Origin: Octopus sinensis
Taxonomy: Eukaryota
Reading direction: 5' to 3'
Length of the DNA: 64,000 nt
NCBI RefSeq assembly: GCF_006345805.1
Contig: NC_043001.1
Span: forward strand, 36,890,001 to 36,954,000
Shown here: one piece after another, positions 38,050 to 51,900 of the stretch
Position numbering within the stretch: position 1 is the first letter of the stretch
How the letters are laid out: each line of letters starts with the position of its first letter
The notes under the pieces: generated by a model
Databases searched by the model: none
Told to the model about the DNA's origin: nothing
What the model saw: the letters and a program-made list of their open reading frames with translations, nothing else
Made by a program: the position numbers and the translations under genes

Positions 38050-39971
38050 TGTATGTATGTATGTATGTATACTGTAGTTATTTTTTGTGGAGGTTAAATC
38101 ATGTCGTTTATGCAACGTTCACCAAAATACACTCGAATAATTTAATCATTTGAAAGAACATAGTGTCAGTTGTAGAGATAATTCTATCTTTAATGCTTAG
38201 TGGCAACTAAAATGAGTAGGTCAATAGAAAAGACTGCAATAGAGTAAAGCAAATAGAATTTGTCATATTATTATAAGTCTTTTACAACACAGTAAATAGT
38301 ATACAATATTTATTTTTATTGAAAGCGAAAGACTCAAACACAAACTCGATATAGTTGGAATTTGAAATCAGACCGTCAATAGACATAATCACCAAATATC
38401 ATAGCGTATTTTGGGCTGGTGTGCTTCTGATTTGACCACCATGTGCATAGTAAAAAATCAAAGCTAATGTTGAAGTAAAATCTGTTTGTATTGAAGAGGT
38501 GAACTACTGATTGGTTAAGTTAATAACTCAGCTTCAGTCCACAGTAAAAGATAATTCATTTCGTCTACATAGCAAATGACTTTCATAAACGTATTGACGA
38601 CTTTTGAATTTATTGTCATTATGTTTATATGTTAAAGCTTATCAATAAATATAATGCAAGTTCAAATTCTTCCGGAGTCGACAAAATATATATAAGATGC
38701 AGCCTCTTAGCCTATCATGAATTCAATCTGGTTTCCATTTTCAGTTGAATCAATTTTGTTTCACTTCCGTTGCAAATGATTTGGGGAAATGCATGAATAT
38801 TACATCATCCTATTTTCCTGCATCCATAAAATTTAATGCGTTTGCGTCTGGTTAAAAATAAAAAATAAAAAAAAAAGTCATGAAAATGAATGGAGAATCT
38901 GTCTGTCTAGTATAACATTTGCTATTCATACAGAAATTTAGTTTAATATGCAAGATGACGGTTTGAGATGTGCGGTATAGAAAGAGTATTATAGCTGTCA
39001 GAAGAATGTTGTGGACTGTATAAGCGGAGACAGAAATCTTGTGTAATGTTCAAAATTGACCTCGGAGGTTGATTTTGACATAGGTATTCTCTTATAAGGA
39101 ATGCGCATCGCTGTGAGACAATTCTGTCGTCTTCACGTGAAAGTTAATGTCTCCTTTCATGAAATAACGTAACAGATATGGATGGAACCATAGCAAAAAG
39201 ATTTGACATTCATTCTTACTTCTTAGCTTTTGTTGCTAATGATGTTGTTACGTTAGCGTTCGTTTTCCCTTCTTTGTTTTTAGGGGGGTGGTTTATATTA
39301 TTTCTTTTTAGTTTTGTCGTGATTCAAATGGGAACAGGAGAAATTGAGTTCACAGGGCAGGTTGCCTCAGTAGCCCCTTGTGTCATTTATTTGTAAACAG
39401 GGTTTTCAAATTAAGTGACAACTTAATTGAGCAAGAGAAAATGCTATATTAAAATAATGGAAATAAACAATTTCTAAACAAATACGCATGCGTGTACTTA
39501 TGGAAGTACGTGTGCGACTATCTCAGAATTAACGTTCGTCTGAATACATACGCATGTTTAAGGATATATTACTATGCACGCGTACATCTTATGAGTGCAT
39601 AATGCACACGAGTATACACACACATATCCACACATACACATACAAACACACGCACGCAAACAGTTGCAAGAACATATACAAACTCATGTGCGCATATATA
39701 TGCATGTGCGTATATATGCATATATTCACTCATACAGACAGACTCACACATACACACATACACACATACGCACACATATGCATATATACATATACGCATA
39801 CAAATTTATACACGTATAGACGTGCACACATCCATACCTAATTATATATATATATATATATATAATACATACACAAACATATAAACATATGTTTACCTAC
39901 ATAGATACATATACGTATGTGTATATGTGTGTGTTGTGTGTGCGTGTGTGTGCGTGTGTGTGTGTGTGTGT

Positions 39972-40028
<57 letters not shown>

Positions 40029-40372
40029 GAAACTTTTTCTTCGCTACTCCAGTTTCTCAAAAGTCAAGATATGAAGATCGCGATCTTCAGCTAAAAACTG
40101 AAGATCGCGTTGTCGTGAAACTCGAGTCGAGACAGAAATTCAATTTAGATACATAACTCTCTGCAACAAGAACATTTTAATGCATATGTATATATGTATG
40201 TATGTGTGTGTGTGTGTATGTATGTAGCTATGTATGTAAATATATACGCATATACGTATGTGTCTACTTCTCTCTTCCTCTCCCATAATTGTATGTTTAT
40301 ATATGTATATAACTATTAACTCTTTAACTAGTTTTAGATCGAGAGCTACGGCCATTCTGGGGCATATATATA

Positions 40373-40406
<34 letters not shown>

Positions 40407-40720
40407 CTATTATATATACCATATACATTTAAATACGTATTGGGTATGTATAGTTACTCACGCATACACACACTGACACACACGTGCGCGCGCGCACACC
40501 CACACACCCACACATATATATATTTAAAATGTATAAGCTTATGTATGTCTATAATTGTATAGCATGGAATTGTATAGTAAAATATTTTTATGCGCACACA
40601 TATATATCCAAGTATGTATGCAAAAATATGTATACATGATACATCTATCCAAGTATACATACACCACTATTATATATATATATATATCCATACATACATA
40701 CGTATATATTAATATATATA

Positions 40721-40756
<36 letters not shown>

Positions 40757-41595
40757 TGTATGTATTGTATGTATGTATTTGTGTATGTATGTATAATACA
40801 CATAAAGAGAGAAAGAAAGAAAAGCAGAGAGATTACTATATATGTGGTTATGTATGTAATTATTACCGTTTAATATGAGAAGTTGTAAAGCGATATTGAT
40901 AAATTTGCCTTGTCCGTTATTCTGGTTTAAGTAACATAGAGATGTTAGCTTCGTTAAGTTGATGGATGAGCTAGTGTGGAACCAAGAGCTAAAATATCGG
41001 CTCCTCAACCATTGCCTTTTCCATTAGTATGGAACTTTACTTCATTGTTTGACTGTTTTTTTTTGTTTTTTTTTTTTTTGTTTTGTTTTTTCCTTTCTTC
41101 TTATTGTTATTGTTGATGTAGTTTTTCAATGAATTCTCCTTTGTTCAGACCATTCTATCGTCTGCGATTTTCTTTAATTTTATTTTGATATTTCTCAGAA
41201 AGTTTCTTGTTATTTCGGAAAAAAAATTGTATGTGTATCTTGTCTGAAAATACTTTTTATAATATTTTTTTATTTTTTTTATTTATTCGTTGTATTTATT
41301 ATTATTTGTCTTTGTTTGGTGCTCACTTTTTTTAGAAATATTCTTTAAGTCTGATTATTATACTTGTATTAAGTGATTTTTTGCAGTTAATGTTATTTTG
41401 TAAAGGGTGTTTGTTGTTGTTTTAGTCGTACAGCAGTAGTAGTAGTTTTTATAGTAGTGTTGTTGCTGTTGTTGTTGTTGGTGGTGGTGTTATTGTTGTT
41501 TTAGAGTGTCTTTGCTAAGTTCTATTTTGTTTCTTCACTGTTATGGCTATTATCATGTAAGGAAGCTCTATTGCATTAATGTGCTTGTATAAGTA

Positions 41596-41661
<66 letters not shown>

Positions 41662-42110
41662 TATTTTTGTTCTTAGTGCTTTATTGTTTTCCATTCCAAG
41701 TGTATTGTTCAGTTTGGTGCTGCTTGGTATTATTGATGTTGAATATACACACACACACGTATATACATACATACATATATATGTGTATGTGTGTATTAAT
41801 TTGTGTGTGTGTGCTCATGCGCGTGTGCATGTGAGTGTGTGTGCGTGCGTGTGTGCGCGCGTGTGCGTCTATGTATGTTTGTATAAGTATATATACATAT
41901 AAATATATGCCTTTAAATGCATTTATGTGTGTGCGTGTGTGAGTGTACGTGTGCGTGTGGGCTTATGTGTATGTATATATGTATGTTTGTATATATGTGT
42001 AGATATATATTTATGCATACACATATCCACATACACTTATATGTATAAATGAATATTGATAGATAGATAGATAGATAGATATGGAGTATATATGTATATG
42101 TACACCACAC

Positions 42111-42143
<33 letters not shown>

Positions 42144-42196
42144 ATATACATATATATATTATATATATATATATATATATACATATATATCTATTA

Positions 42197-42240
<44 letters not shown>

Positions 42241-42984
42241 TTTATTACGTTTCTGTTTTACTGCTTTACGATTTTTCTGAGCAGTTTTTCCATATAATCA
42301 TGTGTGTGTGTCAGTGTGTGTGTGTGTCAGTGTGTGTGTGTGTCAGTGTGTGTGTGTGTGTGTGTGAGTGTGTGTGTGTTTGTATGTTCGTGTGCCTGTG
42401 TGCGCGTGTCTGTATGCTGTTGCTAATGCATTAGCAGTTGTTCTTGCCTCTCGTATTCTTTTTTTGTAATATCAGAATTTGCATTTGAATTAATTTCTCC
42501 AAAAGGAAATAAGCTGAATAAACACAAATTTGCTAATTCATTCGTAATGTAGAAGACATGCAGATGATATCAGAGAACTGATAAAGATTATTACATAATT
42601 CTGTTACAATAGATATATATATAAAGTTACATTGTACAAAATGTCAAATATTCCTGAGTGATGGGAATGAATATTTCTATTAGAAATACTGACATCATCC
42701 CACTTGTATACAAGACACTATTATTATTTGTAGTGGCTGGCTTCTTTGTTTTTTTTTGTTTTTTTTAATATTCTTAATGTCTGCTGTTTATATTTGTATT
42801 ACGCCATTTCCAATCTAAAAATCGTACGTTATCAAACGTAAGGATAATTTCTGATACTTTTTGTAAATAAATGGCTTAACTTGAGATAGAAATATGCTTA
42901 CAAATATTACTTTTCTGTTAGTCATTTTAAAAATATCTGATTTAAGTTTATCTTGTATATTTGTCTGATGACAAGTATACAAGA

Positions 42985-43325
42985 TAGGGATGGTTGTGTA
43001 GTTAAGAAACTCACTTTGTAACCACGCAGTTTCGGGTACAGTCCCAGCGCGCCACACATTGAGCAAGTGTCTTCCACTATAGCTCCGAGCTGACCGATGT
43101 CTTCTGAGTGAAAATAGTAGGTGGAAACTACGTGGAAACTCATCGTATATGGGTATGTGTCTTTATCCCGCCAACTCGTCCACGTAAAATAGTGATTCGG
43201 TAAAAGAGACCGACAAAATAAATATCAGACTTAACAACTAAGGAATGGAGTTAATCTGTTCGAATATACTCTTCAAAGCAGTGCTCCAGCATGGCTGCAA
43301 TTCAAAGATTGAAGCAAGTAAAATA
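42985..43325 (+). mobile_element. Old diverged SINE family A copy
   Basis: GGTTGTGTAGTTAAG...TTTCGGGTACAGTCCC...TTGAGCAAGTGTCTTCC...GTGCTCCAGCATGGCTGCA. Confidence 0.7.
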
Positions 43326-44578
43326 TATAAATGATCAAAATATGTTATGAAGTTCACTTTACAATGATGAGTTCCTAGGTTCGATCTCACAAATATGACA
43401 CATTTGGAAAGTACCTTTGCCATAGCCTAGACTCGGCTATGTTAAATGCTCGAAATACGAGACTAGAAAAACAACCAACAACTAATGAAGGGTCGTTCTT
43501 TATGTTGTTTGTTTTGTTTTCCATTTGTGTCTTTCGTTGTTCGAAAGAACAGTTCATGTTCCATGTAGTCGAACTTCGTATTTTTTGTTGTACACATTTC
43601 ATGACGTCCTGTACCCACATATGCTTATATATATACGTATGTATATGTATACATGTATATATATATATACATATATATGTACATATGTGTAGTATATATG
43701 CTATATATATATTTATAAATATATTATTTTTATAATATATATATATATATATATACATACATACATACACAACACACCACACACACACCACACTGTGATT
43801 CACATTTGTTTTACATACTTTCACACTCTTCATACCAACCTCTTTTATAAAATGTGACTAACACATTTGTTATACAAATATAATTTTTCGTTCAAAAAAA
43901 CAAATCTAAAATCCAATTTCGAAAGCTGCATATATAAATAGCAACAAATCCAGATTGTGTTTTATATTTTCTAAGGCCCTAATCTCTATTTGTCCATCAG
44001 AATAATGAAGGGAAATGTTCACGATCAAATTTTTTTCCACGGGCTAAAGACAAAATCGATGTGAAAATATACACAAAATTTAAAAAGAAAATAAGAAAAC
44101 TTCAGACAGAGATTTTAGTAAAAAAATGCTGAACTTGGAAGTCGATTTTATCAGATGCTAATTTATGATATACCAGCAAATGTTTCACAACATAACTACG
44201 ATAACAAAATTTTGATTCAACCGATTCTAGCTTTCAACTTCTATTTATGTTACAGAGGATTTTTTTAAGATAAGTTTTTTTTTCTTACCACTAAGAAAAT
44301 AACTGTACAGATATTAATCTGTATATTAAATGATTACATTGTCTGTGTGCAATTCCGCGTTTTCAGAAATGATATCTGTTGTTGCTAATAATAAATATAA
44401 ATATATAATACATGCACGCATATGTGCTTATTTATTTATATACATGTGTGAACATACATTCATGCTTACAGAGATATATTCAGATGCTTACATGCTGATA
44501 TGCCTACAATACTATATGCATGCAGGTATACACACACACATTACCGCGCACGCGCATATATATATATATATATATAAC

Positions 44579-44626
<48 letters not shown>

Positions 44627-44718
44627 GCGCCCTTTTAAAGCCTAGCCAGGCTCATGGGCCCGGTTTCCGGTTTCTATGGCGTATGTGTTCCCCAGCTGGA
44701 CAGGACGCCAGTCCATCG

Positions 44719-44767
<49 letters not shown>

Positions 44768-44770
<3 letters not shown>

Positions 44771-45295
44771 CTTTTATCTTTTACTTGTTTCAATCATTAG
44801 ACTGCGGTCATACTGATGCACAGCTTTGAAGGATTTTAATCCAACGAATCGACTCCAGTACTTTTTTTATGTTTTGTTAAGCCTGGTACTTATTTTATCA
44901 GTTTCTTTCGACGGACCGCTAAGTTACGGGCACGTAAGCACACCAACACCGGTTTCCAAGCGGTGGTGAGGGACGAACACAAATGCATGCGTGCGCGCGC
45001 TCACAGACACACACATACTTATTCTTTTATTCTTTTACATTTTTCAGCCCAAAGGCTGTGGCCATGTTCGGATACAGCCAGTGAAAATTTATCCCCTCAC
45101 CGGCGAGGAATCGAAACCAATATACTACCGAGGGAAAATATAGCAACGCCCGCAGGCGTGGCTGTGTGGTAAGAAGCTTGCTTACCAACCACATGGTTCT
45201 GGGTTCAGTCCCACTGTGTGGCACCTTGGGCAAGTGTCTTCTGTTATAGTCTCGGGCCGACCAAAGTCTTGTGAGTGGAATATGGTAGACGGAAC
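44768..45295. mobile_element. Cluster of SINE family A pieces (minus 3' half 44768-45010; plus head 45150-45295)
   Basis: Both segments match the family A sequence in opposite orientations. Confidence 0.75.
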
Positions 45296-45689
45296 ACAGC
45301 CAACTCTAAGTGTAGCCATTTAACTTAGAGGAAAGAAAATGGAATTACGTACCGTGGTCTTCAGAGATGACTGTTGATACAGTCTTCTTTCTGATCGAGG
45401 GGGGAGTAGGGAATGGTTTTTCTAGAAAAACTGCTGCTGCTGTTCACATTGTTGTTGCTGCTAGAGCCGTCGTCGTCGTCATTATTGTTGCTGCTGGTAC
45501 TTTTGCACTTGTTGCTGTCGTCGTAGCAACAAGAGGAAATCATATTTCTCTTTAGCAGGAAATTCATTTCACCTTCGACAGCTTATATTTTCGGGGTTAC
45601 AACAGAACGCTACTCTTGGTCTGAGTCAACAGAACGTTACTCTTGGTCGATTATTATTCTTTTTTCGTAATCCGACATTTTTTAAAACG

Positions 45690-45749
45690 GGAAATACCGC
45701 TAAGCATTTCGCCCGGCGTGCTAACGTTTCTGCCAGCTCACTGCCACCT
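45690..45749 (-). mobile_element. SINE family B head
   Basis: GCATTTCGCCCGGCGTGCTAACGTTTCTGCCAGCTC. Confidence 0.75.
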
Positions 45750-46269
45750 CTAGAAATATCAGCAGCATTACTGACACGACAGTCAACGATTTTACACTTT
45801 AACTGCCACTAACAATTACATTACCATCAACATGCTTACATTAATTACTTGAGCCAATGGGAGACCTACGAGCCTCTACGCAGCCGCTTGATATACAAGA
45901 AATAGCAGCGAAATCACTCTGAAATTTTATTTTATTGCCTTAAAAATAGTCGCATTGCAAATGATTCTCCTGAGTTCCATGCACTCACGAAAACCTGTAG
46001 TGATCACAGTTGGAATGCCTTTGATCATAGGTTTCTTTCATAGGAACTTAACCTGAGACATAACAACAATGACACAAATAAATTTAGTCAATAGTCTCCT
46101 TGGTGCAATCACTTGACCTGTTAGAAATAGCAGTCGACTTTCTGTTAAACTAGACAATACCATCATAGAAATTGAAGAGAGAGACAGAGAGAGTGCGAGA
46201 GAGAGAGACGACTGTAAACTTTTATATACAATGTCTCTGAATCAGTTAGAACAGCTAGTATAAAGAATG

Positions 46270-47480
46270 TACATAAGTGGAAAGCAATATGCCTATAGTT
46301 TTCTGCCAACTTGGTGGTTTTTGTCATAGTTACACGAATCGATTTTGATCTACCAAGCCAACTTGGTATGTCAATCTGGTCTCCTATAGTTTTTTTTTTT
46401 TTGAAGATACATATTAATGGCTTTCTTTTGAAAGCTAGATTCTTATACCAGTATCTAATTATGAGGTCTCTTCTCTGTATCTTCCTGTTATATTTACTTA
46501 CGGCTATGGTAAAAGTTCCAGGGTCACTTGTGTATGTCTCACAGTTGTTGCTGATACCAACTGTACTTAGCTACGAAGCATTCTGGTTGAAATCTTTCCA
46601 TTCGTTCTAGATCTTAGACTAGAATGATTAAAGATCTTCCCACGAAGGAGTTTTCTTAACGGTAATGCTTTTCTAGGTATAATGCATCTGGATTGGAAAC
46701 CAATGTAGGATTAATACTGATTCACTCGGTTATTTTCTACGATAGCGAAGTTTTTCACTCAGCATCCCGAGTTTGTGCTTTAAAGTAATTAATTTTCCCT
46801 CAAGATCTTCGCGGGAAGAATTGCTGTAAAGTTTTGTTATATTGCATAAGATGTAATTGGTGAGATTTCAACTCATTATTTTCCATACATTTTATTATCT
46901 TGGTTAACCATTCAATATGACATTGCAGATTGTTCGTTTCTTTCTTCCACTTTTGTTGTCCATCTGTCCTATAGTTTTCTGCCAACTTGGTGGAAAAGAC
47001 TCAATAAACAGGTCGTTTCCATTTACTAATTTCATTTTCGCATGCACTGCAGGGTTCTTCCAGATGTTTTTTTTAAATAGTAATAACTGTAGTACATAGA
47101 AAAATATTAGTTGCCCGGTAGTTACAATCACATATATCCATGTGTTCTCGTGCAGCGATATCAATAACTTATAACATGAAAACAGTTGGGTTTTTTTTTC
47201 TTAATCTAATTAAGAATGGCCTGTCGCTCAATGACAGCTTAGAAAAACTGGAAAATTCTTCTTAAGGAACTGTGATTTCAAATTGTTCTTAAGTTCATTA
47301 TATTCCACAGTTGTCTCTGTCGAACCAGTGCAGATATATGAGAGTTTAGAGATGGCAGTAGCGATTTGAATGCACTATTTATTAGATCTCGCCAACGGCA
47401 GATTTTGATTGGTACTCAGTGTTTTGAGAAGATTGATTACCATCACGAGAGCTGGAATGACAATTACTAAGAGAATTTTT
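46270..47480 (-). pseudogene. Decayed R4/Dong-like non-LTR retrotransposon, region upstream of RT
   Basis: Broken frames give KLITLKHKLGMLSEKLRYRRK and RDLIIRYWYKNLAF, resembling the KL..RLRRY and PG.D.I..FWYK pre-RT motifs of R4-type elements. Confidence 0.5.
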
Positions 47481-47779
47481 TTTTTACAAAGGAAGATGCT
47501 TGCTGTCGAAACTGTTAAGCTGTAAAAATAGTTTTAGCTAAGATGAGCTTCGTCCCAGTATTATTTTAGCTAGTTCGAGGTTTTTCAAAGTACCGAAGTA
47601 GATCCTGCTTTAAATTTAAAGACCAAATGAAGTGAGTAGGAGATTTACGTCGTGTTAAATAACTCACAGTTGTTGTAATACTGCTTGTGTTGTTTGCGGT
47701 GTTGGTATTGTTATTATCAATATCAGTTACGATCGTGAAAGCGAAATTCCCTGTGATGTCAGATATATTTTGTAATGTG

Positions 47780-48120
47780 GTCTAAATAACACTAAACTGG
47801 TACGTAAAAGGTGTTTTCGCTTATTTCTAAACAGAAGAAATAAACTAGTTGCTGATTTAGGATGGAGGAGTCGACATAATTGCAGAAGATAACGTTCAAA
47901 AAGTCATTTTTTTTACGACCCTCTACAACTACACGCCTGATGTTGATGGTACCATGTTGTAGATGCTGCCTAATGCAACATGACGCTATCGCTGAAACTA
48001 TATGTAATGCCATCTCGAAAAAATACATTTATCCTGAGATAAATTTAGAGAATTCACCTGCTTTTGAATATATACTTAAACATCAAAACAAGAAATATTC
48101 GAACATTCTCCTTTAAAAGT
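47780..48120 (+). pseudogene. R4/Dong-like fragment, zinc-knuckle to RLE linker
   Basis: CC..MQHDAIAETICNAISKK resembles the RH(D/N).VA..I...I.K motif after the CCHC finger. Confidence 0.4.
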
Positions 48121-48324
48121 TTCTACCAACTGCAAAGATAACAGGCCAGATATAGTTATTTGATACGACTAGAAAAAGTATGTACCGTCATAGAGGGCAG
48201 CCACCCTGCTGGTGTGAATATATCTTCGAAAATCAAAGAGAAAGAGAACAAGTACTGACAACTGCTTCTAAATCTCCAGCTTCTGTACTCTGATTGTAAA
48301 TTCAAATTTATATTAATAATAATT

Positions 48325-48732
48325 TACTCTTTCACTGTTTCAGTCATTTGACTGCGGCCATACTGGAGCACCGCCTCTAGACGAGCAAATCGACCCCAGG
48401 ACTTAATCTCTGTAAGCCTAGTACTTATTCTATCGGTGTCTTTTCCCGAACCGCTAAGTTATGGGGACGTAAACACACCTGCATCGGTTGTCAAGCGATG
48501 TTGGGGGGACAAACACAGACACACAAACACGCACACACATACATACATATATATACATATACATACATACGACGAGTTTCTTTCAGTTTCCGTCAACCAA
48601 ATCCACTCACAAGGCATTGGTCAGTCCGGGGCTATAGTAGAAGACACACGCCCAAGGTGCCACGCAGTGGGACTGAACCCGGAACCATGTGGTTGGTAAG
48701 CAAGCTACTTAACACACAGCCACTCCTGTGCC
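48325..48732 (-). mobile_element. SINE family A, full length
   Basis: Best-preserved copy, from tail to head (CCACACAGCCACTCCTG-type end). Confidence 0.9.
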
Positions 48733-49858
48733 TATTGGTGCACTCGGTTTGAATAGTAAATGGCTAAGTGACTATACGGAAAGGGTAAGATCTTCATTGG
48801 AAGAAATCATCCAGCTAATACGCTCATGACAATTAGAATATGTAAGCGAAGCAGTAAAAATATGCATGGCTCTTCTCAAGCTCAACATGTAACAGCTTTT
48901 AATCTAGATTCCAACGATGGAGCTTTGTAGCTATCTTTATTAGAAACCTTACAAGTAGACTTCAAATAATAAGAAATAGAATATCCGTGTGCGCGCGCGA
49001 GTACGTGTGTGTGTGTGTAATACATATATGTTTACGTTCTGTATTGAAACCCAGCCGGCAGTTACTTTCCGTTCTATATCTCCATGATCCATAAAATATG
49101 TACCAGTAGGACAGGAATTTCAATTGAATTGGCAACACATCTACCCCTGCAATATCAAGCTTTTGTGTCCCCTTGTCTAAAGAATTTATTCTTAACATCA
49201 CTAAAAGGTCAGTGGGAGTGCAGACAACTTACAACAAATTTCCCTTCCTCTCTCTCTTTGTTTCTCTCTCTCTCTCTCTTTGTTTCTCTCTCTTTTCTCT
49301 CCCTCTCTCTCTCTCAAATAAATACAAGATTTATACAGTAGCTGATTCAGTTGAGCTAATCCACTTATTTCGAAATTACTCCAAACTTCTTACATTGTTC
49401 CGGTGTAAAGAATAATTATTGCCATTAACATTAACACCAACAATAAATATCGGAGCTACTGCTAGCTCACCACCACCACCACCAACACCATCATAGCCAT
49501 TAGCACCAACAACATTATCACCAACACCGCCACCACCAACAACCACCAACTACTACTACTACAGCAAAATCAACGGCAGCGCCATATCTACCAACGTTAT
49601 ACTATGTTTGCCTCAACGCAACAACCACTTACACAACTATGAACTCCATTTGTCAACCCCTACCGCTGATACGATTTCGAAATGTAAACGACAATAGCCG
49701 CGACCTCTACCATCACCACCGCCACCACAACTATCAACTTTAATACTGTACACGCTCTGAATATGACCACTAACATTCACATCACTCCACAAGCCCGTCA
49801 AAGACTATTCCTGTCATTTGCACACGTGTACATGCGCGCGCACACTCATGCACACACA

Positions 49859-49913
<55 letters not shown>

Positions 49914-50503
49914 CACATACGTACATTTGTGTCTGTGCGCGCATGTGTGTGTGTATGCCTCGTGCGTGCGCATGTGTGTATTGGGCACGCAGTATTTTTG
50001 GCCAACGCCATTTCTAACATCAATTGCAACAAAATGGATCCGTTGATAAATTTGAGATGAATCATTCACAATAAAAGCCAACAATGAACTATGGTCTAAT
50101 GTTGTCCTTACTCTATAGAAACTGTTACCGACAGACATTTTTCAAGTGCTGGTCGGATAAACTCATATAATTCATTTGCAAAAAGAAGTCGCTAGTGCGA
50201 TTCTTGCTAATTCTTCTCGAATTGAAAAATGCTGTCCTAAGGGCGAAATGTCAACCGGCACAAATTGAAGATAATGACTGAAGCAGACGATACGTATTAA
50301 GGAGAGGGGAAATAACTGATTCGCAATCCATATCGTTGAATGTTGGTTCAACATTTTTAAAATGGCATTTCCGATCTTCATATTCAGTGCTGCTTTGTTC
50401 AATTACATCGTCTACTCAGACATTTTTTTTTCTTCCATTTATTTCTGTTCGTGTTTATTTTTCTCTCATTTTTCTCATTTTACTTTTTCCTTTCCGACAT
50501 TCC

Positions 50504-50595
<92 letters not shown>

Positions 50596-50789
50596 ACTTT
50601 TTCTTATTTTTAATCCGAACCTGTGAAAGTTTTTGTTTTATTACAAAACCTGGTTTTCATAATTAATTTTAACAATATATTCACTTCGTAAAAAGAAATC
50701 TCACTTCAAATACAAATTTATGATCTCAAATATTTTTTCTGCTAATTTGCCAAAAGTATGTGAAAAAGAAATTGTGGCTTCCCTCTTAG

Positions 50790-50940
50790 CTGCTCAAACC
50801 AGCATATTTGTTACAATGCCGGACAAATGTCTAGCAGTATTTGTTCTGACGCTCTAAGTTCAAATCCCGTTGCGATGAAATTTGCCTTTCCTCTCTCCGG
50901 GGATTGATATTTTTAAATACCACTCAAATATTGGGATGGA
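50790..50940 (+). mobile_element. SINE family B, strongly diverged
   Basis: CCGGACAAATG..TAGCAGTATTT...CTAAGTTCAAATCCCG...TTTGCCTTTC. Confidence 0.5.
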
Positions 50941-51010
50941 TATGGGAAACTGTCGCATTCTCGTCATCCGGGTGAGTTTCTATTCGTGCTTATTATGAAG
51001 ATTTACATCA

Positions 51011-51047
<37 letters not shown>

Positions 51048-51249
51048 GTAAATGCACACACGCACGGATATGTATGTATGGATGTATTTATGTATGTATG
51101 TATAAATGTATGTGTCATGCGCTTGTATATATGGATCTACATTTTCTAATATATTCATTCTTGGGCACTTTGCTATTATCGACAGACAATTTTTCATTTA
51201 TTAAAAGGTTAATCAATAAACTATTTCACTCATGCGACGGGTGCAATAG

Positions 51250-51900
51250 CTGATCGGCGGTCTTTTGGAATAGCTCATGGAGAAGGGAAAGGGCAAGAAA
51301 TTAAATGATTATTTGACAGTTTATCTACTAATCGTTGACTAAATATAAAAAGAAACTACTCACTGTCGTTGACCTAAAAGTACACTTTTCCAATTTCAGA
51401 TAAGGAATTTGTGATTTGAGTAATATATGGTTATGTATCAAATAGAACGCCGGTGCAATCTTTCCGTCGTAGGTTTGAAGTAAACGCTGGTGCTGTTGTG
51501 TAGACCTTGATCTAGTATAATTAAAAACTGTTGTAAAAGGCTTTCCAATTATAACAACTTTGTCGTTTGTATGCCAGGAACTATATTGCCCGATATAACG
51601 TATATCTAAGGCTATATTTCTTTGATTTATTTACGGGTGTAGTTTACGGTTGCTATTTTCAGCTTATTGGGCTGCAACTGAATTTTTGTATGCGGCTACC
51701 AAACCCTGATATATCCGAAAGCAAAATGACGCAGAATTTAAGATTTATGCTTATGTACCAGCAAATATTTTGGCTCTTGCGGACGGTAATATGGTCAGCA
51801 AATCCGGACCACGACAACCTCCACCTCATGCGAATCATCGTACAGAGAGTGCATTTATAACATTCTTCGCAAATCTTATCTTTCATTTTTCTGTCTATTC
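51250..51900 (-). pseudogene. Possible decayed LINE APE-endonuclease region
   Basis: A long mostly open minus frame (DKVVIIGKPF.., CTFRST..). Motif similarity is weak. Confidence 0.25.

Noticed and set aside
40107-40125. CGTTGTCGTGAAAC resembling miR-981
   Set aside because: Seed-side mismatches, an indel and no precursor hairpin. It is better explained by the hammerhead-like motif.
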